This document shows positions 28,937 to 41,630 of a stretch of 64,000 bases of DNA, piece after piece. How positions within the stretch are numbered: the first letter of the stretch is position 1; each line of letters begins with the position of its first letter. The notes under the pieces are model-generated. The model did no database searches. It saw only the letters and a list, made by a program, of their open reading frames with translations, and had not been told where the DNA came from. The translations under genes were made by a program, and so were the position numbers. Origin of the DNA: Psilocybe cubensis (Eukaryota); the NCBI GenBank assembly GCA_017499595.2, contig CM038998.1, positions 496,001 to 560,000 of the forward strand, given 5' to 3'.

Positions 28937-29605
28937 TTCTTATAATTATACCATCAATCTAATCTATGTAATGATCTTCACGTCAGGTCTAATCACATTG
29001 TAACGACCAATTTACTTGTCTTATTTATAGTATTGTGTCCATATAGAAGCCAGGCACCTCGCCGTCAGTTCTCCGAATCTTTTCTCTTGTGGACAACTCC
29101 CTTCAACTCTCTGCGCTGGATAAAAGGTTAGATGAAAGGTTCAGCAGCGGAAGAAGAAGATAAATTCAATTATAAGAGTTGCCGCCTTCTGAAACCTCCA
29201 TACCGTTGCTGTGCCGTCGGTTTCACCCCTAAGTGTATGTCAGTATCCTCATCTAAAAATGCGACAAAAAATTTCCCAGCGACTTCCGTACCCATCATGA
29301 CTTTTACTGGCACTCTTCAGGACAGATGGGGCATGTCAGATTTTACAAGCTGTTGTAGCTATTTTGTATAAGATATCAGTCAAAAGTCCTCTCCATCAGC
29401 AGATCATACCACAGATGTCGCAGGTGACACGGCCCAGAGTGTTCTAATGCTGTGGCCTGACCTCAAACGGAAGAGTGTACATGCTGTCCGTTGTAATTTC
29501 AGCCACTCTTCAACGGCATATATACATGGTTTCAAATTCAGTGACAACTTTAGGAGGGTGCTACTGGTTATACAATAGCTTTCCTTCATCCCGTCGCTAC
29601 TAGAA

Positions 29606-31234
29606 ATGGCACCATTAGGAGAAGGACCCAGCTCAGCACTTGATAGCACATTTGGTGCTATGTTGATCGGAGGTGAGCTCAATAGACGTGTTATTTCCTC
29701 ATAATTCGGAAACCACCTTTACACAAACCACTATACTAGTTTTCTTTGCCATCTTTTTCCAAGGGGTTTTATCATTCCAGGCTTGGAACTACTATGAAAA
29801 TTTTCCAAATGATCCACTGAAATTTAAACTTCTGGTGGGTGTATGATCCAAGGCCCAACTCAGGCCATCCATAATTCCTGTTTCCTGACACGAAAATTAT
29901 ATTCAGGTGTCGGTAGCATGGTATTCCAAATTGAATAATTCCCATGTGTCAAACCAACTAATAAATATTCAGGGGGCTAGATACGATACATACCGTTATA
30001 ATTTGCCAGTTTATGTATCATTATTTGGTCACAAACTGGGGCTTCCAGGCTGCACTTGTCGATGCCACTACGGAACTAATCATTCACATTCTTTTGGTTG
30101 GGATGTCGTGCTTCGTGTGCCAAGTCTATTTTATGCATAGGTGAGTTTGATGCTTATTTTACAATTATATTTCTTATTAGAATACACCAGAATTTGGATC
30201 CTGAGCGAGAAAAAAATACTGGTTCTTTGCATCGCCCTCGCCCCCAGCTTGACCGCCCTCATTCTCAATATTCACCTGCCTTTGAAAATGATATTTGCTC
30301 ATTTTTCTATTCCCGAGTTGGTCCTGACAGAGAAGGAATCTGCAGCTTTGTATTTTATCAGCGCGCTATGTAAGCACCGTGTTATGTTCCATGATATCCG
30401 ACTAACGCACCGCAGCGGATGTTGTGATAGCCGGATTCTTGTGTTACTTCCTAAGGTTATCCAATCGTCGAACACAATTTCAAGCGTATGTAATAGGTGC
30501 CACTTCTTGTTGAAATGTTTACCTAAACTACTACAGAACTCGTTTGGTTCTGAAGGACATTCTACATTACGTAGTTGCAACGGGAATTTTGACCAGTGCT
30601 TGTGAAATTGGAGCTGTTATTGCGGTGAGCTTGACTTATTTCACAATCAGCTGATACTAATTCCAGATCTAGTATTTTCTTCGTCCAAACGGTCTATACT
30701 TTGCTGTTCGTAGAACTTACTCAAATCACACTATACAAAGTGACATTTTCTTTAGGCCATACATTTTTCGTTGGGGAGATTGTATACCAATTCACTCCTT
30801 GCAGCGTGCGTAGACAAAATCTCTCCCAATACATTTCGTGCTGATTAATTGTCCATTTCAATCAGGTTAAATTCACGCAAAAAGATCAGAGACAGACTTC
30901 AGGGAAATGCTTCGGGCATCGGACAAAGCATTCATAGTCACGGGGCTGGCAAACAGAAAGATATACATATGGTATCTATCAAGGCAGCTTCAGATGAAGT
31001 ACCTGAATCCAAAAGAGTACCTCAGGTACGTATTATAGTATACTTACTTAATGAATGGTTTAGGCATACTTATATCTTTCTATCAAACAGGCGAGCATGG
31101 TGAGGCCGTCCGAAATAACGTTTACTGTAGAACGGGTCATTCAGGATGATAACGGAGACACTTCAAAACGTAACTCAGACCAGAGAGCACATGCTATTTG
31201 GCAAACATCTACTGACTATGAGCGCCGAACTTGA
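29606..31234 (+). CDS. DUF6534-type multi-pass membrane protein, copy A
   Basis: MAPLGEGPSSALDSTFGAMLIG, QAWNYYENFPND, MYHYLVTNWG, DVVIAGFLCYFL, HFSLGRLYTNSLLAALNSRKKIR; many short exons. Confidence 0.8.
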
Positions 31235-32009
31235 CACGTAATGGACCAGAGCGCAGAACCTTTGCTTTATTACTTTGTACAAATCGCGCAGGCGCTTGTC
31301 GAGTGACATTTTTAAGTACATTTACCTCAGGTTGAATTTAATATGCAAAAAATGACTGTATAATTGCTTGTTATCACCAATTTCGGTCACAAGTTTTCAC
31401 AATACACCAATACTTTACTTAGGAGTATACGCGAGTATACGCTGGCGACGCGTCGCGTTATGTCCAACGTCACGTGGATTATGCATCAAAATTCTACGCG
31501 TGTGTCACCAGCCGAGGAGAATGTTGGGTCAGCTTTCTATATCATTGTTACCACAATTCCCATTCAATACCGGTGCTTCGATAGTTTCTTACTTTTCATC
31601 ATGCCAATATATCAAATTACAGGTCTGCTATATCTCCTATAGTACTTCCCCGGCGTTGACCCAGCAATATACCCTAATATACCCACAGTTTATCATCAAC
31701 AGAGATCTGGTCGATGCTTAATGCTGGCTAACAAGATGCTTCTTAAATCTTGGGGATGGATACAAGAGACATTAAATGCCTTTTGTCCTTGAAACTCGTA
31801 TTGGGGGGTGGTCTAGGCTTCGCGTCAGTGCCGGCAACTTGATATACTTCTATAACAACACTGACCCATTCGACAATCCGTTTGGACGTCCAACTTCTCC
31901 GGGATATCCGCAAAGGTAAGCATCTTGTTCATTTTTATACGATACTGGTGGCGTTGGTGCGGTCATCTTGAAGTCTCCTGATACTTCCTGATACTTATCT
32001 TCTGGTGAA

Positions 32010-32051
32010 ATTTAAGCAGGTACAAAATGTTAGATTTTTACCTGCTTAAAT
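32010..32051. repeat. Perfect 13-bp inverted repeat (hairpin)
   Basis: atttaagcaggta (32010-32022) / tacctgcttaaat (32039-32051), with additional aaaat/atttt pairing in the 16-nt spacer. Confidence 0.8.
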
Positions 32052-32423
32052 CGCACAAGTTGGGCTTTGCAAAGAATGCTTACCATACATCCTGTAGAAC
32101 GTCGGAGGTGTCACCATTAAATGGGACCCCTACGGTGTGTTGTGATCCATTGTATTGATGGCCACATCACCGCTGTATACGTATTTTCCAGGATTTCTCC
32201 CCCACACCCATCGTCAACTCGCAACTTGCCAACAAATCGCAGAATGCCGATGCCGGAAGGGTTTAACCGGATACTTATGTCGTCAGGGGTATAAACCTTG
32301 GGTCGGTGGGAGGTTGCGGGCCAAATGGTCTATATAAACGGACATGTGCATGATTGTCACTCCTTTGCCCATGTCAATGCCCACATCATAGACGGTCAGC
32401 ACCGATTTCTACGTAGCACCGTC

Positions 32424-34385
32424 ATGAAGGTCGATCCGGGCACATACGGTGCGATTTTACTTGGCGCACTGACGGCGTCTAGGTCAGTCTCAACAGTCCC
32501 GCGCAAGGCTCGATAATGTAAAATCTAAATATATTTTGTAGCCTTTCTGGAGTTTTTGCTGTGCAATGCGTTGTATATTTCAAATGCTTTCCGCTAGATA
32601 GGAAAGCACTGAAAGGATTTGTGAGTTCATGCCCTCCATCAATCCATAAGAGGATGGCCCTAAGTTAAACCTATTCAGGTGTTTTTCATATGGTTGGGAT
32701 ATTTTCCTCAAAACAATCCGATAAATTTCTCAAACCGCGCCTGCGTCTAGGGCTCTCGAGATTTTTCACACAGGACTTGTGTGGACTGCTATGTGGGAAT
32801 CATTTATTGATAACTTTGGAAAAGTAACATATGCTGATGTGATTCCTTGGTACGTGCCCTTCGCCCTGAGATTTTCAGACGTACGCGCGACGCTCATGTC
32901 TAGATTTGTTAAGGAGTGTCGCAGTAAGTTTCAGCACTATTTTTTTACAATAATGCCGAGCTCACTTAATTTCATACAATTCCAGTTCAGCGTAATCCTC
33001 ACCGTGAGTTTCACGTCGTAATTTAATGCCCATTACCGTGAACAAAGTTGTCCAATCAGGCATCCCTTACTTTTCTAACACATTGGTACGAGCTCAAGCA
33101 TTATTACCTTTCTTAATGACAGTCTCATAGTATTTTCTACCCTCAGCTTCTTTGCATATCGACTATACCACTGTTAGAAAATACGTCCTAATAGCCTGTT
33201 GTCAGCTAACTGACTCCTCTAATTTGCTATAGTAAGCGAGCGAAACCGATACCTGACTATCCTTGTTGTGAGATCAACTTGCTGTGTTATAACCATCCTC
33301 TATCTCATTGAATCGAAGGTTATCCTCGCGTTTTCTCGTCTAGGTGCGGTACACCCATGTCAAAGCTTATGGTATTATATCCTGATTCGAATGTATCTTA
33401 ACAGCTGCAGCAACCGGTAAATCTATTAAAAACTAATATTATAAGCCCTTTCTGATTTGTGCTCTCGGATGTTTCAAGTTACAGGCGGACAGATGTATGT
33501 CATTCACAATTTCAAGTTGAAATCTTAGCTCAAAGAAATTCAGGATACGTCTCCGTAGCTATGGTCACTTCAGGGCACAGTTTCGGGTATGGAGACTCAA
33601 GAGCCTTTTCCTCACAGATTGCCTGACACAACTGACTACGTTTAGTGGTTGTTTTCCCTTGGACTATCGCTGTCCTGTGCCGTGGATATCCTGATAGCTG
33701 TTTCTTTAATTTTTCTCCTCCAAAGGAGTAGAAAGGAAATTATAACGTGAGTACAGCCATAATTGTGAAGTTACATCAATTGTCAGAATTAATCATGCTT
33801 CTAGGATGCATTCCATGATTGACACCCTCGTACTCTACACCTTAGAGATCGGTTCGCTGACCAGGTTCGTCTTGAATGGAAATATCATTGATGCCCGTCT
33901 TATTCAATAATCCTCTTAGTGCTGCAACGGTTGCTTCTTTGTTATGCGTATGTTTTCTTTGTCCGAACCAACGCAAACTGCTGATGAGCTATGGGCAAAG
34001 TGGATCATTCTAGACAACAGTCTGGTTTTCCTTGGCTTACATTTTGTTGTTGGGAAGCGTAAGTACACCGTGCTAATCTCCTCGGTTGAGGTGTTTCTCA
34101 TTTGTCAATAGTGTACGCCAATTCATTACTAGCAACGTAAGTGCTAGATACATTCTCTTAATTGACATCACTAGAATACTGGTAACCGTGACCCCCACGC
34201 GTTTAGGCTTAACTCTCGCTATGATCTTCGTCGGGCACACTCATCAGCACTAGATTTGATACATAATAACCTTCCCCACATCACAGTGACTGATCCATTT
34301 CCTGGTTATGTGAGTTCTGATATCTCACTGGCGACTCGAAGTTAACTTCGTCGTGTTCGAAGAGTCTGAAAAGTCAACCGCTTAA
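32424..34385 (+). CDS. DUF6534-type multi-pass membrane protein, divergent copy with many micro-exons
   Basis: MKVDPGTYGAILLGALTAS, QCVVYFKCFPLD, DILIAVSLIFLLQRSRK, IDTLVLYTLEIGSLT, LGLHFVVGK-YANSLLAT-LNSRYDLR; 3' end approximate. Confidence 0.75.
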
Positions 34386-34848
34386 AAGTAACATGTAATA
34401 ATAATTGTACATTACTATAATACATTCCAGTAGTAGCTGGAGATCATGTTCATCGCTCTTTGAACTCGTATACATGATTGAATCGATTGACTCCATTGTT
34501 GATGTTTTCGAAATTCATCACCTCTGGTTCACTCGGGAGCGGAGTTACAATGCTGTTGATCCGGAAGCTACAAGAACATATCTTGGTATTGTCAATTGAT
34601 TGCATACATTCTGTGATACTTCTGGTACTAAAGAAAAATACTATGTATTAAATAGTTCTGATGTACTACTCAAAGTTTTAAGGAGAATTCAGTCTTTAGA
34701 GAAACCTTTGCAAAGCTCGGATGCAGTTGCTCAGTGACGGTGCCGACCGTCGGCAATCAAATGACAAGCAGACGCGTACCGCAGAATTTGCTTTTTGCCA
34801 TAGGCTACCCCGAGAACAGCCAGCCGACCTTTTCCGTTTCAAACGAAG

Positions 34849-36558
34849 ATGACCATGGAAGCTACTGAAAATAATGAAGACTCACGTAGGCCAGATCCCA
34901 ATTCGAACGGATTGAGACTCTTCAAGGCACCGACATTCAACATAGAGCAACTGCCCTTCGAAATCCTCGCGCATATATTCCAGTTATACGTGATTGAAGA
35001 TAAGCAGGAACGAACAGCCTCCAGCGTCCGTCCTAATGGCGCCTTTCCTCTAGGATCAGTATGCCGCACCTGGCGTCGTGTTGCATGGACGAGTCAGCAT
35101 TTGTGGTCGTCGTTGTCCTTCTGGATGAGGAAGGAGACAACGGAGAACCAGATTCAACTTGCCATCGAGTGGCTTGGACGTGCATGTCAGCATCCACTAG
35201 AGATCTCTCTTCAAGGATACATCGAAGAAGACTTAAGTTTGGATTCTCGTTCTCAGCAAAACTTCGTGGCAATCCTTTCCCCTCTGATTGACGCTATCGG
35301 CCGCTCCCTGGACCGGTGTAATCGTCTCGAGCTCCTCAATCTTCCTTCGTCAACATATGCACGACTAACGCTTTCGGGAAAGCCACCTGTTGCGCTGCAG
35401 TATCTGACGCTTAGATGTGCCGACCCCATTGCTCGGTTGGATCTTGCCCTGGCCGCGCCCGTCTTCCTACAGCTGGAAGGTATCCCTATGGACTGCCTCA
35501 GCATAGACTATGCCAACCTTACGGAGTTCTCGGTATCTGAGATACCCATCAATCAAGTTCAACAAGTACTCGCAGGTGCACCTCGATTAGTGAAATGCTA
35601 CCTAATGGACATCGACGACACTGATGATGAAGAATGGGAACGCAAGTCCGTCGTATGTCGTGAGATGACAGAACTACGTGCTTGCCCGATGTACTATCAC
35701 AACGACGTTGTTGCAGACCTTCTACGGTCAATTACCTGTCCCAGTCTGAGGGTGTTCAGTGTTGTGGACCATGTCAGCCTCAACCTCCACACATTGATAG
35801 GCTTCCTGCTCCGGTCTAGTTGCCCCTTGACCCATCTTACCATAGGAGAAGAAAACACTACATGCGAGGATCTCGTCCGAATTGCAACTGCACTCCCGTC
35901 ACTTACGTTCCTGTCGCTTACAAAATATGAAGAGGCTGCTGTGGCTCTGAGATCGTCATCATCGGTGAATTCATTCTGTCATACGCTCTGCTTGGACGAG
36001 CGATACCATACCGTCTCCGATGTCGATTCTGTCAATCAGAAAAACTCAATGCCTGTGATGCTCCCGGGTTTGAGACATCTTCTGATCGAGACGCGCAGTC
36101 TATTTTCGTGGGAGTATCTCCCCGGTCTTCGATCTAGATATTGTTACGAGGCAAATGGCACACGCTTGAGGGAGGAGATGGGTCGGTCCGCCCTGGAGTC
36201 AATCTCAATAATTTATGAGCACCCGGATCGAGGGTACGATGGCAGGGACTCAGACATACACCACAAAATTCACGTTGACGAGAGCGACAGCGAGAGTGAG
36301 TTGACCGAAACTCGCAATATCTCTTCTTTCAACTCCAACTATATCCCAGAATATCTGATTCAAAACTGGGATACATTCTCTCAACTTGTGAAACTTAGCG
36401 GTGAAATTCGTCTGGATCTCCAGGTAGAGCGGGGTTTCTGGAGGGAACATTTATTTGCCCTGTCGTATACAGCGCTTAAACGTACTAGTGGCAGACCTCC
36501 AGAGGATGTAAAGCAGTTCATGTGTAGCAGGACTTGGGCTCCGCAGAGACTCACTTGA
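34849..36558 (+). CDS. Intronless Agaricomycete F-box/LRR-like protein, copy 1
   Basis: 569-aa ORF; QLPFEILAHIF...FPLGSVCRTWRRVAW...LWS F-box; WLGRA...PL; ITCPSLR...FLLRSSCPLTHL LRR-like repeats. Confidence 0.85.
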   Translation: MTMEATENNEDSRRPDPNSNGLRLFKAPTFNIEQLPFEILAHIFQLYVIEDKQERTASSVRPNGAFPLGSVCRTWRRVAWTSQHLWSSLSFWMRKETTENQIQLAIEWLGRACQHPLEISLQGYIEEDLSLDSRSQQNFVAILSPLIDAIGRSLDRCNRLELLNLPSSTYARLTLSGKPPVALQYLTLRCADPIARLDLALAAPVFLQLEGIPMDCLSIDYANLTEFSVSEIPINQVQQVLAGAPRLVKCYLMDIDDTDDEEWERKSVVCREMTELRACPMYYHNDVVADLLRSITCPSLRVFSVVDHVSLNLHTLIGFLLRSSCPLTHLTIGEENTTCEDLVRIATALPSLTFLSLTKYEEAAVALRSSSSVNSFCHTLCLDERYHTVSDVDSVNQKNSMPVMLPGLRHLLIETRSLFSWEYLPGLRSRYCYEANGTRLREEMGRSALESISIIYEHPDRGYDGRDSDIHHKIHVDESDSESELTETRNISSFNSNYIPEYLIQNWDTFSQLVKLSGEIRLDLQVERGFWREHLFALSYTALKRTSGRPPEDVKQFMCSRTWAPQRLT

Positions 36559-37294
36559 TGGATTTACTCATGATTGGATGTATTCGTAATGTCGCAATCG
36601 ACGATATCTTGATGCCGAACTCACGAAACATTCAAATCCATCCTAAAGATCAGCTTAAGTTGAACCACTGTTGTATCGACAGAGATGCTCAGTTGAGCCT
36701 AAATGTCTGTTTAAGATCATGATCATGTCTACTGCTAATGATGATTCCCAGTAATTCCCGCAAGAGCATGAACTCCGCAGCAAGGTGTATCCTCAGTCGG
36801 GTTGGAAGTTGACCATCAGAAACAACTTGGTGGGGATTGACGGGCAGCGGCAGCGGTTATCCGGTTCAGCGGTGATGTGTCCCTGTTTTCTCTACACGTG
36901 CGAACTAATAAGGCAGTGCGTTCACTTAATATAGGTTGAATATCCCAGAGATTCATGGAAATTCCTGCTCATGAGTTATGTTGCTGATACTCGACGATTG
37001 AGCATGTCATGTTACTTACACGCCGTTGTTATCGTTCCTTACTACTATCAGTCCGGTGTTCTGCCTTCATCTGGAAAATAATTCCACAGATGTCCAAAAT
37101 GGCACAGTCCAGGGTGAAGAACGTCGTTTGAGTGGGAAATTAAGGCTGACCCACGTTGTCGCACCTCGGTATTGGCTCAGCATCTGTGTCAGAATAATGT
37201 GATATATACCCACATTTTCTGACGTTTACAGGAAGTGTACTGTGGTATCGTCGCCAACATCTCTCTTTCACTCCCACTTTTACGCTCCTTAGTC

Positions 37295-38955
37295 ATGGCT
37301 CCCTTAGGAGAAGGACCCAGCTCAGCACTGGATAGTACATTTGGTGCCATGTTGATTGGAGGTGAACGCGGTGGACTCGATCTATATCTTAACATTAAAA
37401 CAATGAATGTCATCCAGTATTCTTTGCCATCTTTTTCCAAGGAATTTTGTCTTTTCAAACATGGAATTACTTCGACAATTTTCCAAATGACCCACTGAAG
37501 TTCAAACTACTGGTAGGTGTTACTAGTCAAAGGCAAATGCGCCACATGGGTTACGGTATCTCACAAGTCCTGTTTCAGGTTTCGGTAGCATGGTAATTTT
37601 TTCGACTGGGATTGCTCACTCTTCAGATGAACCAAGTTCTAACTTGCCAATCTGATTTATAGGAGTTTGGATACCATACACACGGTGATAATTTGCCAGT
37701 TCATGTATCATTATCTGGTCACAAATTGGGGATTTCAACCGGCACTGGTCAATGCCACTCATGAGTTAATCATACACATCTTATTGGTCGGGATGTCGTG
37801 TTTTGTGTGCCAATTGTATTTCATGCATCGGTGAGTGACATGCTAGTAGCTATAGCTATCGTGGAGCTTGGACTCAATTTTATAACAGAATTTGGGTTCT
37901 GAGCAATAAAAAGATATTAGTTCTTTGCATTGCCCTTGCGCCCAGCTTGACGGCCTTGGTACTCAACATACACCTGCCGTTGAAGATGATCATCGCGCAT
38001 TTCACTATTCCGGAGCTGGTTTTAACTGAGAAAGAGTCGGCGGCTCTTTATTTCATCAGTGCTCTTTGTAAGTCATGATTGTATATCTTTCGAACGAAGC
38101 CTTACTCTAAACGCTTAAATTCATCCAGCCGACGTCGTGATTGCTGGGTTGCTGTGTTATTTTTTGAAAGTTTCGAATAGTCGTACAAAAATTCCAGCGT
38201 GAGCGATAATTAATGTATCTGGACGATAGAAGACTGATTGTATTTCCTCAGAACACGTCTAGTACTGAAAGACGTCTTTCATTACGTGATCGCAACGGGT
38301 ATTCTTACAAGTGCATGTGAGATCGGAGCTGTAATTGCAGTAAGAATTCTTCGTCAATTACCTAGTTTAATTCGCTAATCCAGAAATGAAGTATTTCATA
38401 CGACCAAATGGCCTTTACTTTGCTGTATGTATAGTATATACGTCATCTTGCAGATTGACTAATTTTCCTAGGCAATACACTTTTCATTAGGGAGATTGTA
38501 CACCAACTCGCTACTTGCAGCGTAAGTTCTATTTTCCATCACCGAATTATTTACGACGATCACTAACATAGCTCGATAAAAGATTAAATGCTCGTAAGAA
38601 AATGAAGGACAGGCTCCAACCAAGAGGTCCCAATATTGTTCGAGGTGTCAATAGTCACGGGTCGACCATCACGCAGCCAAATATGCATACAGTATCCATA
38701 AAGGCGGCTGAAGGTGATGATTTTGATGGCAAACCTCCACAGGTATGAGAAATTGGTTGCATAGCTGGGATATAATCTGAACAATTTTTCTCGAATAAGC
38801 GAACAAAGGCACGTCAATCTGAAATAAGATTCACGATTGAACGAGTTATACGTGATGATGATGGGGGAGTTGAGCAGCGCAGTGTAGATCGCCATGGAGA
38901 GAGGTCGTATGGAATTTGGCAGACATCAGCTGACCATGAACGAATCAGAAAGTGA
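37295..38955 (+). CDS. DUF6534-type membrane protein, copy B (close paralog of 29606-31234)
   Basis: Identical N-terminus MAPLGEGPSSALDSTFGAMLIG, matching exon structure, GRLYTNSLLAA-LNARKK, C-terminal IWQTSADHERIRK*. Confidence 0.82.
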
Positions 38956-39311
38956 AATCTGGGTGTATATTTGCACCGCTTGATTTTAGGATATCGCCCT
39001 TCTTTCAATGTTGTATGAGTATAAAGTCTCAAAATCTCAATTTACAATCATGTATAGCATTTGAAGTCTCAAATGGCTTTCTATACAGCCACTTTGCTGC
39101 GACTTTGCGTTACTTTGCTCGATAACGCCCCTGAATAGGGATCGCGCCTCGCGTTTTTCGACTGGAGACACGATCCCGTGACTGTGACTCATTACATAAT
39201 CATTATCCATCTCTCCATCTAATGCCATGAGGAAACGGAGATTCAATTTGACTCTTGCAGGTCATTGTATTGCCAAGTATCTCTCCTTTATTTCCAACAT
39301 ATCATTGCTGA

Positions 39312-41006
39312 ATGGACTTTTCCCAGTACGCCCTACCAGGAGATTGCGATAAATCCGGTGAAACTGTCTTATTGAAGGTGCCAACCACTAACCTCATCGA
39401 AAAATCCGAACATCGAGAAGTCGGAGTCCAGGATACCAGCACATCACCGAATATCATGATCAAAGGCAATCAACTGCCTTTCGAGATTCTTGCTCACATA
39501 TTTCAGCTATACGTCGATGAAGACAATAAGGCATCTTATGACATTCGTCCAATGGGTGCTTTTCCTCTCGGCGCTGTCTGTCGAATGTGGCGTCATGTTG
39601 CTTGGGCGTGTCCTAAACTTTGGGCTTCACTTCAAACCTTCCACGTACGACAAGCGACAACGCATGGACAAATTCAACTAGCAGTTGAGTGGCTTAGCCG
39701 TTCGGGCCAATATCCCCTGACTATCTTTCTTCGTGGATATATTCTCTCTGATTCAAGTGACAATATGCGTGCTCAAATGAAGGTTGGAGCACTTCTTATC
39801 CCTTTAATGGATGCCATCAGCCATTCCCTGAATCGGCTACATACTCTCGGATTAATTGGGCTTCCGGGATCGACAGTTTCCCGACTCAGCTGGGCATCTG
39901 TTCCAGCAACAGCGCTAAAGCGTCTGTATCTGGACACCCCTCAAAGCACATGCCTTCTCGATCTTTCATCCTCTGCGCCATCCTTCCTTAATATGCAAAC
40001 TATGTCGCTGGACGCACTCACCATCAACTGGAACAACCTTACTGAATACGGGGCGGCCGAAATGGTCCTAGACGATGTGCTTCAAGTGCTTGCACTTGCT
40101 CCTCGAATAGCAGTATGTCACATAGTCGATCTTGAAAAAAGTGACGACTTCCCATTGCAAAGCACTGGCCGTCCCGTCGTATGCCATGAACTGACAAATC
40201 TTTACGTCAATCCAATGTACCACACCGAAGATGTGGTCTCTGAGCTCCTCCAAAAGATTACATGCCCTAAGCTCGATGGTTGCACTATCGACGACGATGC
40301 AACACTGCAACCTTCTACGGTGCTAGATTTTCTGCATAGGTCATGTTGCCCCATCACCGGCCTCGTGCTCGGCGAAGAAATCTGCTCGGGAGAGGACCTC
40401 TACCGTATCGCAACCGCCTTCCCATCACTCACAACTATCTGGATGCGCAAGTTGGACGATTGGATGGGTGTGGAGTCGTCTCTATCTCTCTTGCCGTTTT
40501 TCAACGCTCTTTGCGTGGAATTTCGATACGACTCACAAACACATCCCGTGCTACTTCCGCAACTGAAAATTTTCACAGTTGATACCCGTAATCCAATTCC
40601 ATGGGGAAAGCTTCCTGGCTTCCGTCATAAGCGTTTGTTTACGAGTGATGGCGAGTGTAACGGGTACGAGGTTGTCAGGCCAGGCTTGGAAAAAATTACC
40701 ATGTACACAGAGTACGGCTACTTCCAGCCACAAATGGACTCTGAGCGTCGTACTGGCGAGGGAGAGGCCGAAAATTCCAAGCAACCCCCCCTTGGTTTGA
40801 TTCGAGATTGGCAGTCCTTTTCGGAGCTTGTCAAGCTCGCTGCTGAAGTTCGCCTGGATTTGCAAGTGAAGGGGCGCGATTTATTCTACCTGTCGTATGT
40901 TGCGCTCAAAAGCGTTGTTGGGGAGGCCCCAGATGATGTGAAGCAGTTTATGGAGGGAAGGCCGGTCCCAATGGATATAAATGATTCTGGGGCGGTGGGT
41001 TTATAG
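39312..41006 (+). CDS. Intronless F-box/LRR-like protein, copy 2
   Basis: 564-aa ORF; QLPFEILAHIFQLYV...FPLGAVCRMWRHVAW; collinear with copy 1 through RLDLQV...LSY.ALK...P.DVKQFM. Confidence 0.85.
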   Translation: MDFSQYALPGDCDKSGETVLLKVPTTNLIEKSEHREVGVQDTSTSPNIMIKGNQLPFEILAHIFQLYVDEDNKASYDIRPMGAFPLGAVCRMWRHVAWACPKLWASLQTFHVRQATTHGQIQLAVEWLSRSGQYPLTIFLRGYILSDSSDNMRAQMKVGALLIPLMDAISHSLNRLHTLGLIGLPGSTVSRLSWASVPATALKRLYLDTPQSTCLLDLSSSAPSFLNMQTMSLDALTINWNNLTEYGAAEMVLDDVLQVLALAPRIAVCHIVDLEKSDDFPLQSTGRPVVCHELTNLYVNPMYHTEDVVSELLQKITCPKLDGCTIDDDATLQPSTVLDFLHRSCCPITGLVLGEEICSGEDLYRIATAFPSLTTIWMRKLDDWMGVESSLSLLPFFNALCVEFRYDSQTHPVLLPQLKIFTVDTRNPIPWGKLPGFRHKRLFTSDGECNGYEVVRPGLEKITMYTEYGYFQPQMDSERRTGEGEAENSKQPPLGLIRDWQSFSELVKLAAEVRLDLQVKGRDLFYLSYVALKSVVGEAPDDVKQFMEGRPVPMDINDSGAVGL

Positions 41007-41460
41007 GTGGAAAGGAATGGACATGGGGATGATGGGCCCCGTGTATACTATGTGATTCTGTCCACTTTCATGGCGGCGTTGCTTTTCAGCCTTGTATATG
41101 ACCATACTATAGGATAATATTTTTCAATAGTCGAAAGAAATATTGTCAGAAGGGCAAAAAACAGGATAAGAAAGGAATGTGAGTAGGTAATCAGGCTATG
41201 CCTATTCCGAAGGGTATTTTGAACCGGAAGAAAGCTTTCTCACGAGATGACACGAGTTTTAATCTAGGACCGTCGCATGTCTCTGAACTTCTTCCATGTT
41301 CAAACTGTTCATGGTATAGACCCGCCGTTATCTCTGATTCTAGCTGCAATTCTGCCAAGTTCCATCTTGAGACGACTTCTTTATACGTGAGGTATTAGCT
41401 GTCACCATCCATTTTAGCTGTAGCTTTTTTTTCCATTGCTTGGTTTTACACTCGGCACAT

Positions 41461-41504
41461 AGATACCAAGGGATGGAAGGCAAGATACCAAGGGATGGAA
41501 GGCA
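41461..41504. repeat. 22-bp direct tandem duplication upstream of protease copy 2
   Basis: agataccaagggatggaaggca x2; only one related copy upstream of protease copy 3 (~57500). Confidence 0.85.
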
Positions 41505-41630
41505 ATAAGACGAAGCATGTGTGAATGCCGCTGATAGCAGTATTCTTTTCTTGCTATTCTCTAATTGCTTTAAAGAACAAAGTCCAGCCCGTTTACCTTC
41601 AAAGGCGTACTTCGACTCCATTGGCCTATC

